Positions 47,917 through 58,843 are shown, numbered from the stretch's first letter. The stretch is DNA of 64,000 bases from Bryobacterales bacterium (GCA_963422375.2 OY729428.2:2560001-2624000), one strand, 5' to 3'. Notes: a model not told the origin generated them from the letters alone. Numbers and translations are program-made.

Positions 47917-49836
47917 TCAATCGCCGCTCAGGGCGGCACCCATCTTATCAACGCGAATCGCCGTGGCCTTGAACTCGGCGGTGCCCGACTTGGGATCGAC
48001 AGCGTCGATCGTGAGCTTGTTGGTGTCGACCTCGTCGGGAAAGTGGGTCGTCATGAACGCCAGGCCCGGGGGCAGCGCCGGATCGAATCGGACCCTTGCC
48101 CGGACCGAGCCCCGCCGGGAGGTCACGATGACCCGCTCGAATTCCTCGAGGCCCTGCCGCGCCGCGTCTTCCGGCGACAGATCCAGCGTCTCGCCCCACC
48201 GAAGCGGCGACGAGTACAGCCCGCTCTGAACCCCGGTGTTGTACGAGTCGAGCCGACGGCCCGTGGTCAGGCGAATCGGATACTCGCCATCGAGCCGGTC
48301 GACCGGCGGGCGGTGCTCGGCGATTCCGAACGGAGCGCGAGGTCCGAGGAGCGGATAGGCCCAGAGGCGACCGTGCAGGAACAACTCGCCGGGGTGCGAC
48401 TCGTCGTAGCAGGGCCAGCGAAGACCTCCGTGCATCTCGAGGCGCTCGTAGCTCATGCCGGCGTGCATGGGGCTGAGCCCGCGCAGCTCGTTCCAAATGG
48501 TTTCAGCGTCCGGCTCCCCCCAATCCCGGCCCAGCTGCCGCGCAAGATCGAACAGAATCCGCATATCGTCGCGCGCCCCCGGCGGCGGGTCCACCGCGCG
48601 CCGCACTCGCTGAACTTTGCGCTCGCTGCTCGTGACCGTGCCCTCGCACTCCGCCCAGCCCGCTTGGGCCGGCAGCACGACGTCGGCAATCTCCGCGGTC
48701 TGGGTGAGGAAGATGTCCTGGACGACGAGAAACTCCAATCCCTGCAGGAGGCGGAGCGCGCGCGCTTGGTCCGCCTCGGACACGACCGGGTTCTCGCCAA
48801 GCACGAACAAGGTCGTCAGGTCTCCGCGTTCCATGGCGTCGAACATGCCGCTCAAGTGCCAGCCCTTCCTCGGCGGGATCGTGCAATTCCACCGCGCCTC
48901 GAACTTGGACCGGAGGGCCGGGTTCTCGAGGTGCTGGAAGCCGGTCAGGCGGTCCGGCAGCGCTCCCATGTCTCCGCCGCCCTGCACGTTGTTCTGCCCT
49001 CGCAGCGGGACGAGGCCCGAGCCGTACCGCCCGACGTGACCGGTGAGCAGGGCGAGGTTGATCAGGCCGCGTACGTTGTCCACGGCGTTGTGATGCTCGG
49101 TGATTCCGAGGGTCCAGCAGAGCTGTGCCGTCGGCGCCTTGGCGTATGCGTGCGCAAACTCCCGGATGGCCTCGCGCGGCACGCCGGTCTCGCGCTCGGC
49201 GTACGCGAGCGTGCAGTGCTCGATGGATTGCCTGAAAGCGTCGAGTCCGCTCGTCGCGCGCTCGATGAACTCGCGGTTCTCCAGACCCGATGCGAGGATT
49301 TCGCGCGCGACGGAATTGGCCAAGGCGAGGTCGCTACCCACGTCCAGCCCCAGCCAGCAGTCCGCCCACTGCGCGGAACTCGTCCTACGGGGATCGACCA
49401 CGTACAGCGAGGCGCCGCCGCGAATCCCCTTCAGGACGTGGTGGAAGTAGATCGGGTGTGTCTCGCGGGCGTTCGACCCCCACAGGACGATCAGATCCGT
49501 TCGCTGGGCCTCCTCGTAGGAGCTAGTGCCGCCCCCGGCTCCGAATGCTGCCGCCAGACCGGCGACGCTAGGGGCGTGTCAAGTGCGGTTGCAGCTGTCG
49601 ATGTTGTTGCTACCGACAACGCTCCGCACGAACTTCTGTGCAACGAAGTTCAATTCGTTGGTGGTCTTCGAACAGCTAAACATGCCGAACGAGCGCTCGG
49701 CCCCACGGTCCATCGCGTGCTGTATGGCTGCCGCGGTCAGGTCGAGCGCCTCGTCCCAGCCGGCTGGACGCAACGCGCCGTTCTTCCGTACGAACGGGCG
49801 GGTCAGCCTTGGAGATCGCTTTGCGTTTCGCGCCAT
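47917..49836 (-). CDS. fdhA: Formate dehydrogenase catalytic subunit, selenocysteine at codon 86 (UGA)
   Basis: ORFs 49579-49836 and 47917-49401 are in the same frame and are joined through TGA at 49581-49579 in NNIDSCNRT-U-HAPSVAGL; LRGQNNVQG with catalytic Arg; AEFKATA C-terminus. Confidence 0.92.
49547..49568 (-). promoter_or_regulatory. Bacterial SECIS hairpin
   Basis: GC-GUCGCC-GGUCU-GGCGGC-A-GC starts about 11 nt after the UGA; GGUCU loop as in the E. coli fdhF SECIS. Confidence 0.8.
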
Positions 49837-50418
49837 ACGGCCTAGATCATAGCCCAGAACTCAGTTCCGCGACGAGCGGCGTGATCCCTAGACATGGAGA
49901 TCGCACGCCCTAGCCTTGCCTGCCAAGAGCGCGGGGCCGCGCCAACCGAGCCAATCCCTCGGCAAGATGACTGAGGCGACGCTGCACGCCGTCCTCGAAC
50001 ATGTATGACGGGCCCGCCGGCCGCTGGCACGGCAAGTGGCACGGGAGCGCGGTGTGGGGGCAACCAACGTGCCGCAGTTCGTCGAATGCACTGCAACCAA
50101 CGTGTCGGGCAAATCCTCCGACCGCCGAGTGCCGGCTGGAGCGTGGCCAGGCAGTTCCAGGTTCGCACCGCGGTCACGTCCAAGGACATGAACGAGCGAG
50201 CACCGCGTGGCTGTCGACGAGCACGGGCAAGGCCAGCGGAGGGAGACAGGGCAAGAATTACACTGCCACACCCGGCCTGCGCCGAACCGGCAAAGGCCGA
50301 CATGCTCGAGCCGCCATGAATGGCGACTCCGATCTGGTCACGCGGAGCCCAGCCCGCTCACAAACCCCCTTTACGCGGGCTCCCTCGTGAGTCACTCGGG
50401 GGAGTGCTGCGAGGAACC

Positions 50419-50447
50419 TTGCGCGGAGGACAAGGCCGTGCTATGAT
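50419..50447 (+). promoter_or_regulatory. Putative sigma70 promoter
   Basis: TTGCGC-N17-TATGAT with extended -10 TG; 9 nt before GTG 50457. Confidence 0.55.
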
Positions 50448-50456
50448 AATCGGTCG

Positions 50457-50858
50457 GTGGCAGACTTGGCCCGTAATGGCAGCGGTGAGCCCTCGTCGGC
50501 AACCTTTGGTTCAGAACTTGGCGAGTGGCTTAGGACAATGCGGACTCAGTGGCTCGGACTCGTAGAGCCGGGACTTTCTAGACGCACTCGCTTTCTGTAT
50601 GCCCTTTTTGGCTCTCTAAGCCTCTTCCTGTATATTGTTCCCACGATTAATCTTCGAGAGAGTCCATCGCCTCCTGCGGAATTGGATCCTCTTCCTGAGG
50701 TCACAAAGTGGGTTATTGCTGTAGCTCTTAGTGGTCTCTTTGCACACTTGGCAAGTTGGAGGGAAGCAGGATACAGTCCTGCTAAATTGTAATTCTCAGG
50801 GCTAATGCTGCCTGCGTGGGCTGTATACGTTCTTTCGACAATCATCGGAGCTATATGA
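50457..50858 (+). pseudogene. Small 3-TM membrane protein interrupted by TAA at 50790
   Basis: Two hydrophobic segments before the stop; the frame continues as FSGLMLPAWAVYVLSTIIGAI after it; lower GC than the flanking genes. Confidence 0.45.
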
Positions 50859-51492
50859 TACCGTATGAATTTGAACGACCGGAAGGCACTGGACAGATCT
50901 GCACGGAGATATGAAATGCAGCACCTACTTGCTACTTGCGAGTCTAGTTCGATCCCTACGAATTCTATCTATCTGTAACGTCTACTCTTGGCGCTGGTCT
51001 AGCACTTGCAGACGAGGTGCCAGTATCCGTCGAGTCAGCCGAAAAGCAAGAGAAGAGTAGCGGGCAACAGAACGGTATCGAGCCTGTGGCGCAAGATGCA
51101 AGCCTGTCAGTGCGGCTAAGATTCGCCGTTCAGCTGTATCTCTACCCAAGAGAGTTTCGAAGCGTGTCTTCAATTCTTGGGTTTCGCCTTGCAACACTCT
51201 GTGATCACAAGAGATTGCAAGATGGACAATCAGAATCACCCGATCTAGGACGAGCCATTGTCATAGGAGACGAACGTAAATCGAAGAACGGCATGATTAC
51301 TGACCAATCTCGCAGACTATTGAAACTAGAAGAAGCACTTCAGCCGAACAGCAGCGACGGAACACAGACAATTGAAGCAATTTGTGACGCCTATCGCGAT
51401 AACAAGGATGGACTCGTTCTTGCAACTGTCCGTCATGGTGTGCCAATCCGAGCGACGAAGAGACATTAGCGTTCCATGATGGACAAAGGGGA

Positions 51493-52924
51493 CGCCCATT
51501 CAACTCCGAAGTGCGACAGGCGCCGAGCCACAAGATGGCAGGGAGGGGAGAGGGGGGGCAGCGAGCGGTGGTGTCGCGGCAGTAGGCTGGTAGGTGCTGG
51601 AAGGAGCAGGGAGGCGGATGCGGAAGAGGTACACGCACGTGACGCAGGAGGAGCGCTGCTGGATCGAGACGCTGCGGGCGGCGGGCTGGGGAGCGGACAG
51701 GATCGCCGGGCAGCCGGGCCGCAAGCGGGCCACGATCTACCGGGAAGTGGGCCGCAACGGCCGACCGGCGGAAGGCGAGCGCGCGGCGAGCTACAGCTTG
51801 GGGAGCGCGCAGGAGCGCGCGGAGCGGCGTCGTGCCGGCCGCGCCAGCTGACGTCGGCGCTGCGGGCGCGGAGCGAGGACTGCCTGCGGCAGGACTGGAG
51901 CCCGGAGCAGGAGCCCGGAGCAGGTCGCGGCGCGGCTGCAGCGGGAAGGGGCGCTGGAGATCAGTCCTGAACGGATCTACCAGCTGGTGCGCGCGGAGCG
52001 GCGGCAGGGGGGCCGGCTGTACCGGCACCCGAGGCAGGGCGGCCGCAAGCGCGTCCGGCGGGTCGGCCGGACGGCGGGCCGCGGCCTGATCCCGGGGCGC
52101 GCGGACATCGCGGAGCGCCCGGCGGAGGCGCGAGCGCAGGCGCGAGCGCAGGCGCGCGGCGGCGACCGGGAGGCCGACACCGTGATCGGCGGGCAGCGCC
52201 GCGGGGCGCTGGTGACGCTGGTGGACCGGTTCTCTAAGTACCTGCTAGTGCAGCCGGTTAGCCGGCGCACGGCGCAGCTGGTCGGGGCGGCGATGACGGC
52301 CATGCTCGCAGGGAGCGGGGCCGTGACGCACGCGATCACGGCCGACAACGGCAAGGAGTTCGCGGCAAGGAGTTCGCGGGGCACCGGGAGGTGGCGCAGC
52401 GGCTGGGGGCGGGCTTCTACTGCGCGCGGCCCTGCCACTCCTGGGAGCGCGGGCTGAACGAGCATGCCAACGGGCTGCCGCGGCAGTACTTCCCGCAGGG
52501 GACGGACCTGCGGCGGGTGGACCCGGCCCGGGTGCGGGAGGCGCGGGACCGCCTGAACCGGCGTCCGCGGAAGGTGCCGGGCGGGCGCACGCCGGAGGAA
52601 GTCTTCCCGGCGGAGCGCGAGCGGGTGCCGCGGGGCTGAGGCAGGGCTGGCAGCCCGCCGCCCCGGACAGGGGCGCGGGGGAGCTGCGCCCGGACAGGCG
52701 CGGATTCGACCCTCCGGGCCTTGCTGCGGTCGCTCCGCTCCCTGCGCAAGGCCCGGAAGGTCCCCGTTCCGGAAACGGGGCACGCATGCCCGCATGCCCG
52801 GGACGCGGCCCCCCGCTTCGGCCCGGCAGCGGCTTGTCCGGCGCCGCTGGATCTGCTACTGTGGTCCTAGTATCCCAGCCCACCGCCCCTTACCCGCGTG
52901 TCGCACTTCGGAGTTGAATGGGCG
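51493..52924 (+). mobile_element. IS30-family element; transposase 51618-52639 multiply frameshifted
   Basis: 26-bp perfect IRs (51493-51518, 52899-52924), 3-bp DR GGA; YTHVTQEER, EADTVIG, ITADNGKEF, SWERGLNEHANG, LNRRPRK. Confidence 0.93.
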
Positions 52925-52936
52925 GGATAATAGGAA

Positions 52937-54345
52937 AGGAATTATATATCTGAGTGCCGACGACTCCAAGTCCGGCTAGAACTGCCCTGATCGGGGAGGT
53001 CGGCGTCTAGCTCGGGTCATTCGTGTGCGGCCGAGGTGGGCACCGAAAGGTCGGTTCGTATCTGAATCGCACCGGCAAGCGGATTTCACGGCGCACGGAC
53101 TAGAGACACCGCCTCGCATGCCCCGGTGGAACCCGGTTTGCGGTGGAGAGGCTCCCCTTCCAAGCCGGCTGCCTGTAGGAATTGTCCGGGCTGGACACCG
53201 GTCGCGGCGGGGGATTCCGGATCCGGAGCGCCCTTTGCACCGAGCGTGAAGAGAGGCCGCAGCGGACCGGCAAGGCCGTGCTCGGGCCGTGACCGCAGCC
53301 GTGCCAACCAGTTGCCGGTAGGTCAGCGTCTTGCCGACCAGGACCCACGCCATGCGCCGCATCCATTCCACTGTGTCGCAGTTGCGGGCTTTGCGCCGTC
53401 CCGCGAACTTCGTGAGGTAGCGCCCGAGATGACGGACGCACATCCGGTGATAGGTCCCGTAGAGGCCGCACTTGAACAGGAACCGGAACGACTCGATGCC
53501 GTTCGTATGCGCTGCCCCGCGCACGTACTCGCCGCCGGAGTGCTTGACGCCCTCGTGCGGGAACTCCGCCATGCCAGCGCAGGCCAGCGCCTCGTCGGAG
53601 CGGACCTGCGCGCCCGGGGCGACTCCGGCCGCGCACGAAGCCCTGACAGGTCGCGCTTCGGCGTGCCCGGCGACGGGCGGGCGGACACTTCGTTCGTGGC
53701 GCGGTCCCGCGCGCCCGGCACGGTCCTCCTTGCTCTCGTGCTTTTTGCGCTCCTTGCCGCCGACGTAGGTCTCGTCCACTTCCACGGGGCCCGCGAAGTA
53801 GGTCCTCGTCCCGCTCCCAGCACGCGCGGATGCGGTGCACCAGGTGCCAAGCCGACTTCCGGCTGATGCCCAGATCGCGGTGCAGCTTCATGCTCGAAAC
53901 GCCCTTCAGGCCGGTGGTCAGCACGAACATAGCGATGGCCCAAATGCGGTAGCCGAGCTTGGTGTCGGCCATCACGCTGCCGGTGCGCACGGAAAAGGGC
54001 TTGCCGCAGCCGCGGCAACGGTAGGGCATCGAAAGGTGGGCCGTGCCGGACTGCACGCTGGAGCCGCGGCAGCGGGGCATACTGGACCGTCGGGCCAGCG
54101 CATGGAGGCGAAGCATTCTTTCGCGGATTCGTCATCGGAGAACATCGCGATCACGTCAATCAAGGTGATGCCTTTACGAAACCACTTCCCGGGGCATTTC
54201 TTCTTCATTGACGACCTCCTATATTGGAAATATTCTATAAAAAACTCCATCGAATGGCAACAGATCTCCGGACGAAATATGAAATTAATTTATGGATCGA
54301 TAATTTACCAAATCGGTTGCCTCGGCACTCAGACATATAATTCTC
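52937..54345 (-). mobile_element. IS1595-family type A, copy 2 (diverged, frameshifted)
   Basis: IRs GGAATTATATATCTGAGTGCCG and CGGCACTCAGACATATAATTCTC; transposase from ATG 54208 is split across frames. Confidence 0.9.
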
Positions 54346-54500
54346 TTCGAAAACGGGACAGGCCTTCCCGCCTGCTCGGGAACCAGAATCGCCCGCTGCG
54401 GCCCGGCAGTGGCTTGTCCGGCACCGCTGGATCTGCTCGTATCGCCCCAGCATCCCAGCCACTACGCCCTGCCCTTTTATCGCATTTCTGAGCTGCATCG
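54346..54500 (+). repeat. Degenerate copy of the IS30 right-end segment
   Basis: CCCGCTGCGGCCCGGCAG.GGCTTGTCCGGC.CCGCTGGATCTGCT matches about 195-240; ends in a decayed IR TCGCATTTCTGAGCTGCATCGG. Confidence 0.75.
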
Positions 54501-54728
54501 GTGTAGCAAACCTATTGGCACACGCCAGACTCGACAGAAATCCGGGCCGAGTGCTGTGTGTCTGACAGCCCAGCCGATTGACCCGGCCCGGGAGGGGGAA
54601 GCAAACGATGCATCTGCTCAAGGCCGTCACCATCGGCTTGCTTGGCGCGACCGCGCTCTCGGCCGAGTGCTTTGAGAGCGGGAAAGCGGCGTACAAGACG
54701 CCGGGCGGGAAGTGGCGCAAAGCCGTGA

Positions 54729-55708
54729 TACGGTTATGCACTTAGCTCTAGTCAGGCTGTTCCGGCCTGTCGATTAGCTCTTGGTACGTAGCCGCTCGCT
54801 GCAAGACCAGTTGCTCCAAGAGCCGGTAGAAGATCTTGCCAACGTGACGCGACCGACGCCGGTTGAAGCGGAACGTGAACTCGTCGAGATAGAGCTGCAA
54901 GTGCTTCGCGCCGACCTTGCCCTGATGCGTGGCCGGCAGCCAGCGCCTCAGCAGCGAGAGCACCCAGCGGACTTGCGGAAACGCCGTGCCCGCAACGTCC
55001 CCGCTTCCGCGCGTGACGGTCACTTGATGCCGGTACCCGCGCCGCTCGAGGCTGCGATAGCCGCTCCAACCGTCCGTCTGCACGAGGCTGCCCGGCTCGA
55101 CGCAGTCCGCTACGAAACCCGCCAGGCTCGCCCCCGAGGCGTCCGGCACGTGCCGCAGGCGGATGCGCCCCGCGCCATGCCCCTCCAGCTCCGCGGTGAC
55201 CGCGACCAGGCACTTTTCGGCCGGTTCCCTCCCGCAAACGCCCTTTTCCGCGCCTCTGACCTACGCCTCGTCAACCTCGACCGCCCCCTGCAGGCGTTCG
55301 CGGCCCAGCCTCGCCATCGCCGAGCGAAGCTTTGGCAGCAGCAGCCAGCAGCAGCCAGGCCGTGCGGTAGCTGCCCGGCCCGAGCTCGCGCTGCAAGCCC
55401 GCCGCGCCACGGCACGCGCGACTTGTGCAGGACCGTGCCGGCCGTCGGGGAGGTCTGCCGGCGGCACGCCTTGCAGAACAGGGTGCCGCGCGCGGTCGTC
55501 CACGCCTCGGCGCCCGCGCAGCGCGGGCAGGCGCAACCGCGCGGCCAGCGCACGGCGGCCAGGTACTCGGCGCACGCCCGCTCCGTGCCGAACCGCTCCA
55601 TGCATTCGAGGATGTTCCGCGGGAACGCCTCGGAATCGCTTCCCATCGCCCGACACCTCCGCTCGCAGCGCAAACTTTGAGCATACTAGAGCTAAGTGCA
55701 TAACCGTA
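54729..55708 (-). mobile_element. IS1595-family element, type C (transposase degraded)
   Basis: 24-bp perfect IRs TACGGTTATGCACTTAGCTCTAGT; 8-bp DR AGCCGTGA (54721-54728, 55709-55716); VEVDEA, VQTDGWSGY, HLQLYLDEFTFRFNRR. Confidence 0.93.
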
Positions 55709-55927
55709 AGCCGTGATATGCATCACGGACGACGGCGTCCAAGTGTTCGCTCGCAAGACGGGGCTGCTCGTAGCGGCGTTTCTCGATTCGAGTCACGACA
55801 CGAAGCACGACTTCTCGCCCGAAGCACGCAAGCTCTGGGCTGGCTCCGGGCTTGCTCTTGGTCGGTTTGAATGCCCTGCCGACCGAGCCTGGATACGTCT
55901 CGCACTGCTACTACACCGGCTACTATT

Positions 55928-57442
55928 GGGAATTATATACCTGAGTGCCGAGGCAACCGATTTTGCAAATTATCAGTCCATAAATTAATTTCATATTTCT
56001 TCGGGAAATCTGTTGAAAGTCGGTGGAGTATTTTGATAGAATAGTTCTAATATATGAGGTCGTCTATGAAGCAGAAAGGTCCCGGGAAGTGGTTTCGTAA
56101 AGGCATCACTCTGATTGAAGTGATCGCCATGTTCCGCGATGACGAATCCGCGGAAAAGTGGTTCGCCTCCATGCGCTGGCCGGACGGTCCCGCGTGCCCC
56201 CGCTGCCGCGGCTCCAGCGTGCAGTCCGGCACGGCCCACCCTTCGATGCCGTACCGTTGCCGCGGCTGCGGCAGGCGCTTTGCCGTGCGCACCGGCAGCG
56301 TGATGGCCGACACCAAGCTCGGCTACCGCACCCGGGCCGTCGCCCTGTTCCTGCTGACCACCGGCATCAAGGGCGTCTCGAGCATGAAGCTGCACCGCGA
56401 CTTGGGAATCAGCCGGAAGTCGGCCTGGCACCTGGCGCACCGCATCCGCGCGTGCCGGGAACGGGATCGGGGCCTGTTCGCCGGCCCGGTGGAGGCGGAC
56501 GAGACCTGCGTCGGCGGCAAGGAGCGCAACCAGCACGAGAGCAAGAAGGCCCGCGCCGGGCGCGGGCCCGTCGGCAAGACGCCCGTGGCGGGGGCGCGGG
56601 ACCGCGCCACGAACGCAGCGGCCGCGCGGCCGCTGCCGGGCACCGCCAAGGGCGATCTGCAGGGCTTCGTGCGCGGCCGGGTCGCGCCGGGCGCGCAGGT
56701 CCGCTCCGACGAGGCGGCGGCCTGCGCCGGCATGGCGGAGTTCGCGCACGAAGCCGTCAGGCACTCCGGCGGCGAGTACGTGCGCGGGGCAGCGCATGCG
56801 AACGGCATCGAATCGTTTGGGTCCCTGTTCAAGCGCGGCCTCTACGGAACCTATCACCGGATGAGCGTCCGTCATCTCGGCCGCTACCTGACGGAGTTCG
56901 CAGGACGGCGCAACGACCGCGACTGCGACACGGCGGAACGGATGCGGCGCATGGCGCGGGGCCTGGTCGGCCGGACGCTGACCTACCGGCAGCTGACCGG
57001 CCAGGCCGCGGTCGCGGCCCGAGCGGCGCCCTCCGAGCTGAGCGCCGCAGCCCGCTGCCGACGCACTCTTCACGCTCGATGCGCTTCACGCTCGGTGCGA
57101 GGGGCGCGCCGGATCTGGAATCCCCCGGCGCGACCCACGTCCGGCCCGGACCATGCATGCAGGCCGTCGAGCGCCGGGGATCCGCTGTCTTCGGCCCTCG
57201 CAGGGCACGCAATCGGCTTGCAAGGGGTGCCCTCCACCGCCAACCGGATTCCACCGGGCATGCGAGGGGGCCTCTCTTATCCGTGCCTCGTCCATTCCGC
57301 TGGCAGCTTCGATTCAGATACGATCCCACCTTGCTGTGCCTACCGCGGCCGCATTCGAATGACCCCAGCCAGACGCCGACCTCCCTGCTCACAGCAGTTC
57401 TCGTCGGACATGGCGTTGTCGGCACTCAGATATATAATTCCC
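55928..57442 (+). mobile_element. IS1595-family type A, copy 3
   Basis: Terminal IRs as in copy 1; 8-bp DR CTACTATT (55920-55927, 57443-57450); transposase frame open, with CGA where copies 1 and 4 have the TGA stop. Confidence 0.95.
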
Positions 57443-58000
57443 CTACTATTCCTATTGCGATGGCGATGGCAGGAGGGCAGGTACGCAGAGATCAACCCCA
57501 AATCGGCGCTGATCACGGCTGGAGTGACGGTCGCAGTCGCAGCGGCGGTGGCGCCACGCTCGCCCAACCAGTACAGATTTCGAGACGGCCTGCGAGAACT
57601 GACGGTACATGTCAGCAGGCGCGACGAGAAGCGTTGGGAGGCAGCGCTGCTCTCGCACGGTATCTAGTCCAACACGGATTGAATCACCGGAGGATTGTTT
57701 CCGCACATAACGTAGGTTTGGCGAGAGTATCGGATGCTATTCTGCTACTCGGTCACGACAAGAAGCCGCACAAAGATTTCAAGAATCGGAAACTCATGTC
57801 GACGTCGTTAGGTATACCGGTTCGGCCGTCGATTCGAGAATCTAGAGCGGTCTGGCCATCGGACCGCACGGTGAAGCAGGCAACCACACTACGGCCTTCA
57901 GAGGCGATCATCAAACGTCATTCGCGATTCGGGATGCTAAAGGCCGTCCGGTCTCGAATGCGTGGACGGAAAGCCTCGACACCCGCCGACAGCTGGCGAG

Positions 58001-58843
58001 TCATTCCGCTCTCAATCCCTCTAACTCGGCCAGGCGCGCCTGTAGCTCCTCGCGAAGGTGCCTCTCTTCGCGTGCGCGAGCCTCAGCGGCGTCTGCACGC
58101 CCCGACTCCCTGACCGCCCGCTCGGTCTCCCTCTCCGCCCGCTCGGTCTCGCGGTCCGCACGCTCGGTTTCGTCCAGCGGAGACAGGTATCTGTTGCGGT
58201 CGGGATCGAACACCGCCAGCCGCTGCCGTCCGTCGAAGCGCAGCTCCGCGCCCAGCACTTCGCTGCGAATCCACACCTGCCCCACCGCCGACGGCAGCAC
58301 ATCCATCCGGGAATAGCCCGACCGTTCCAGCCGGCCCGCCGTCAAGCGCGGCTCCAGCAGGCCGCCGACGGCGTCGAACTGCCAATACTCCCGCACCCCC
58401 AGCCGTGCGTAGATCCTAGCTTTTTCAGCATTGTCGCGCTTGATCGTGCTGGTGGAGGCGACCTCCAGCACGAAGTCCGGTGCCTTGCCCTCCTCCCAGA
58501 CCTTGTACGTCATCCGCGCGCTGCCCTCCAGGCCCAAGGCCACGAACACGTCCGGTGCCACCGAGAATCTGGGGGCGCCCCGCACGTAGTACAGCAGCAG
58601 GTTGCACTCCACGACCACATCAGCCCTGCGGCCGCGGAAGTACCGGCGCAGGCCCTCGGTCACGTCGATCATCGCCCGCCGCTGGGGCCCGCTCTCCGCC
58701 ATGGGCTTTCCGTCCGAGCAGGGATACTCGACATCCTCCTCCGGCTGGGGACGCCGCGACGGCGCGCAAGGCAGGGCCGCTGCCGGCCCGGCCTGGCCCG
58801 GCAGCGTCGCCGGCAGACTCTGCTGCGCTCGCTTGCCTCCCAT
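58001..58843 (-). CDS. Uma2/DUF820 family putative endonuclease with coiled-coil tail
   Basis: YPCSDGKPMAES, VAPDVFV, APDFVLEVAS.ST, YARLGVREYWQFD; ERAERET repeats. Confidence 0.9.
   Translation of the reverse strand: MGGKRAQQSLPATLPGQAGPAAALPCAPSRRPQPEEDVEYPCSDGKPMAESGPQRRAMIDVTEGLRRYFRGRRADVVVECNLLLYYVRGAPRFSVAPDVFVALGLEGSARMTYKVWEEGKAPDFVLEVASTSTIKRDNAEKARIYARLGVREYWQFDAVGGLLEPRLTAGRLERSGYSRMDVLPSAVGQVWIRSEVLGAELRFDGRQRLAVFDPDRNRYLSPLDETERADRETERAERETERAVRESGRADAAEARAREERHLREELQARLAELEGLRAE

Larger units (their letters stand above)
54608..57667 (+). pseudogene. Exported hypothetical protein (182 aa when rejoined) split by two IS1595 insertions
   Basis: 54608-54727 + 55716-55927 + 57451-57667 join into one open frame with a signal peptide MHLLKAVTIGLLGATALSA and an SD upstream. 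Confidence 0.75.

Noticed and set aside
728..57442. Type A IS1595 copies as ends of one large composite transposon
   Set aside because: Copies 3 and 4 have their own DRs, and the flanks of copies 1 and 2 do not match each other or any other copy.
58115..58175. 21-bp periodic repeats at the end of the Uma2 gene
   Set aside because: Encode heptad coiled-coil repeats (ERAERET) common in this family.
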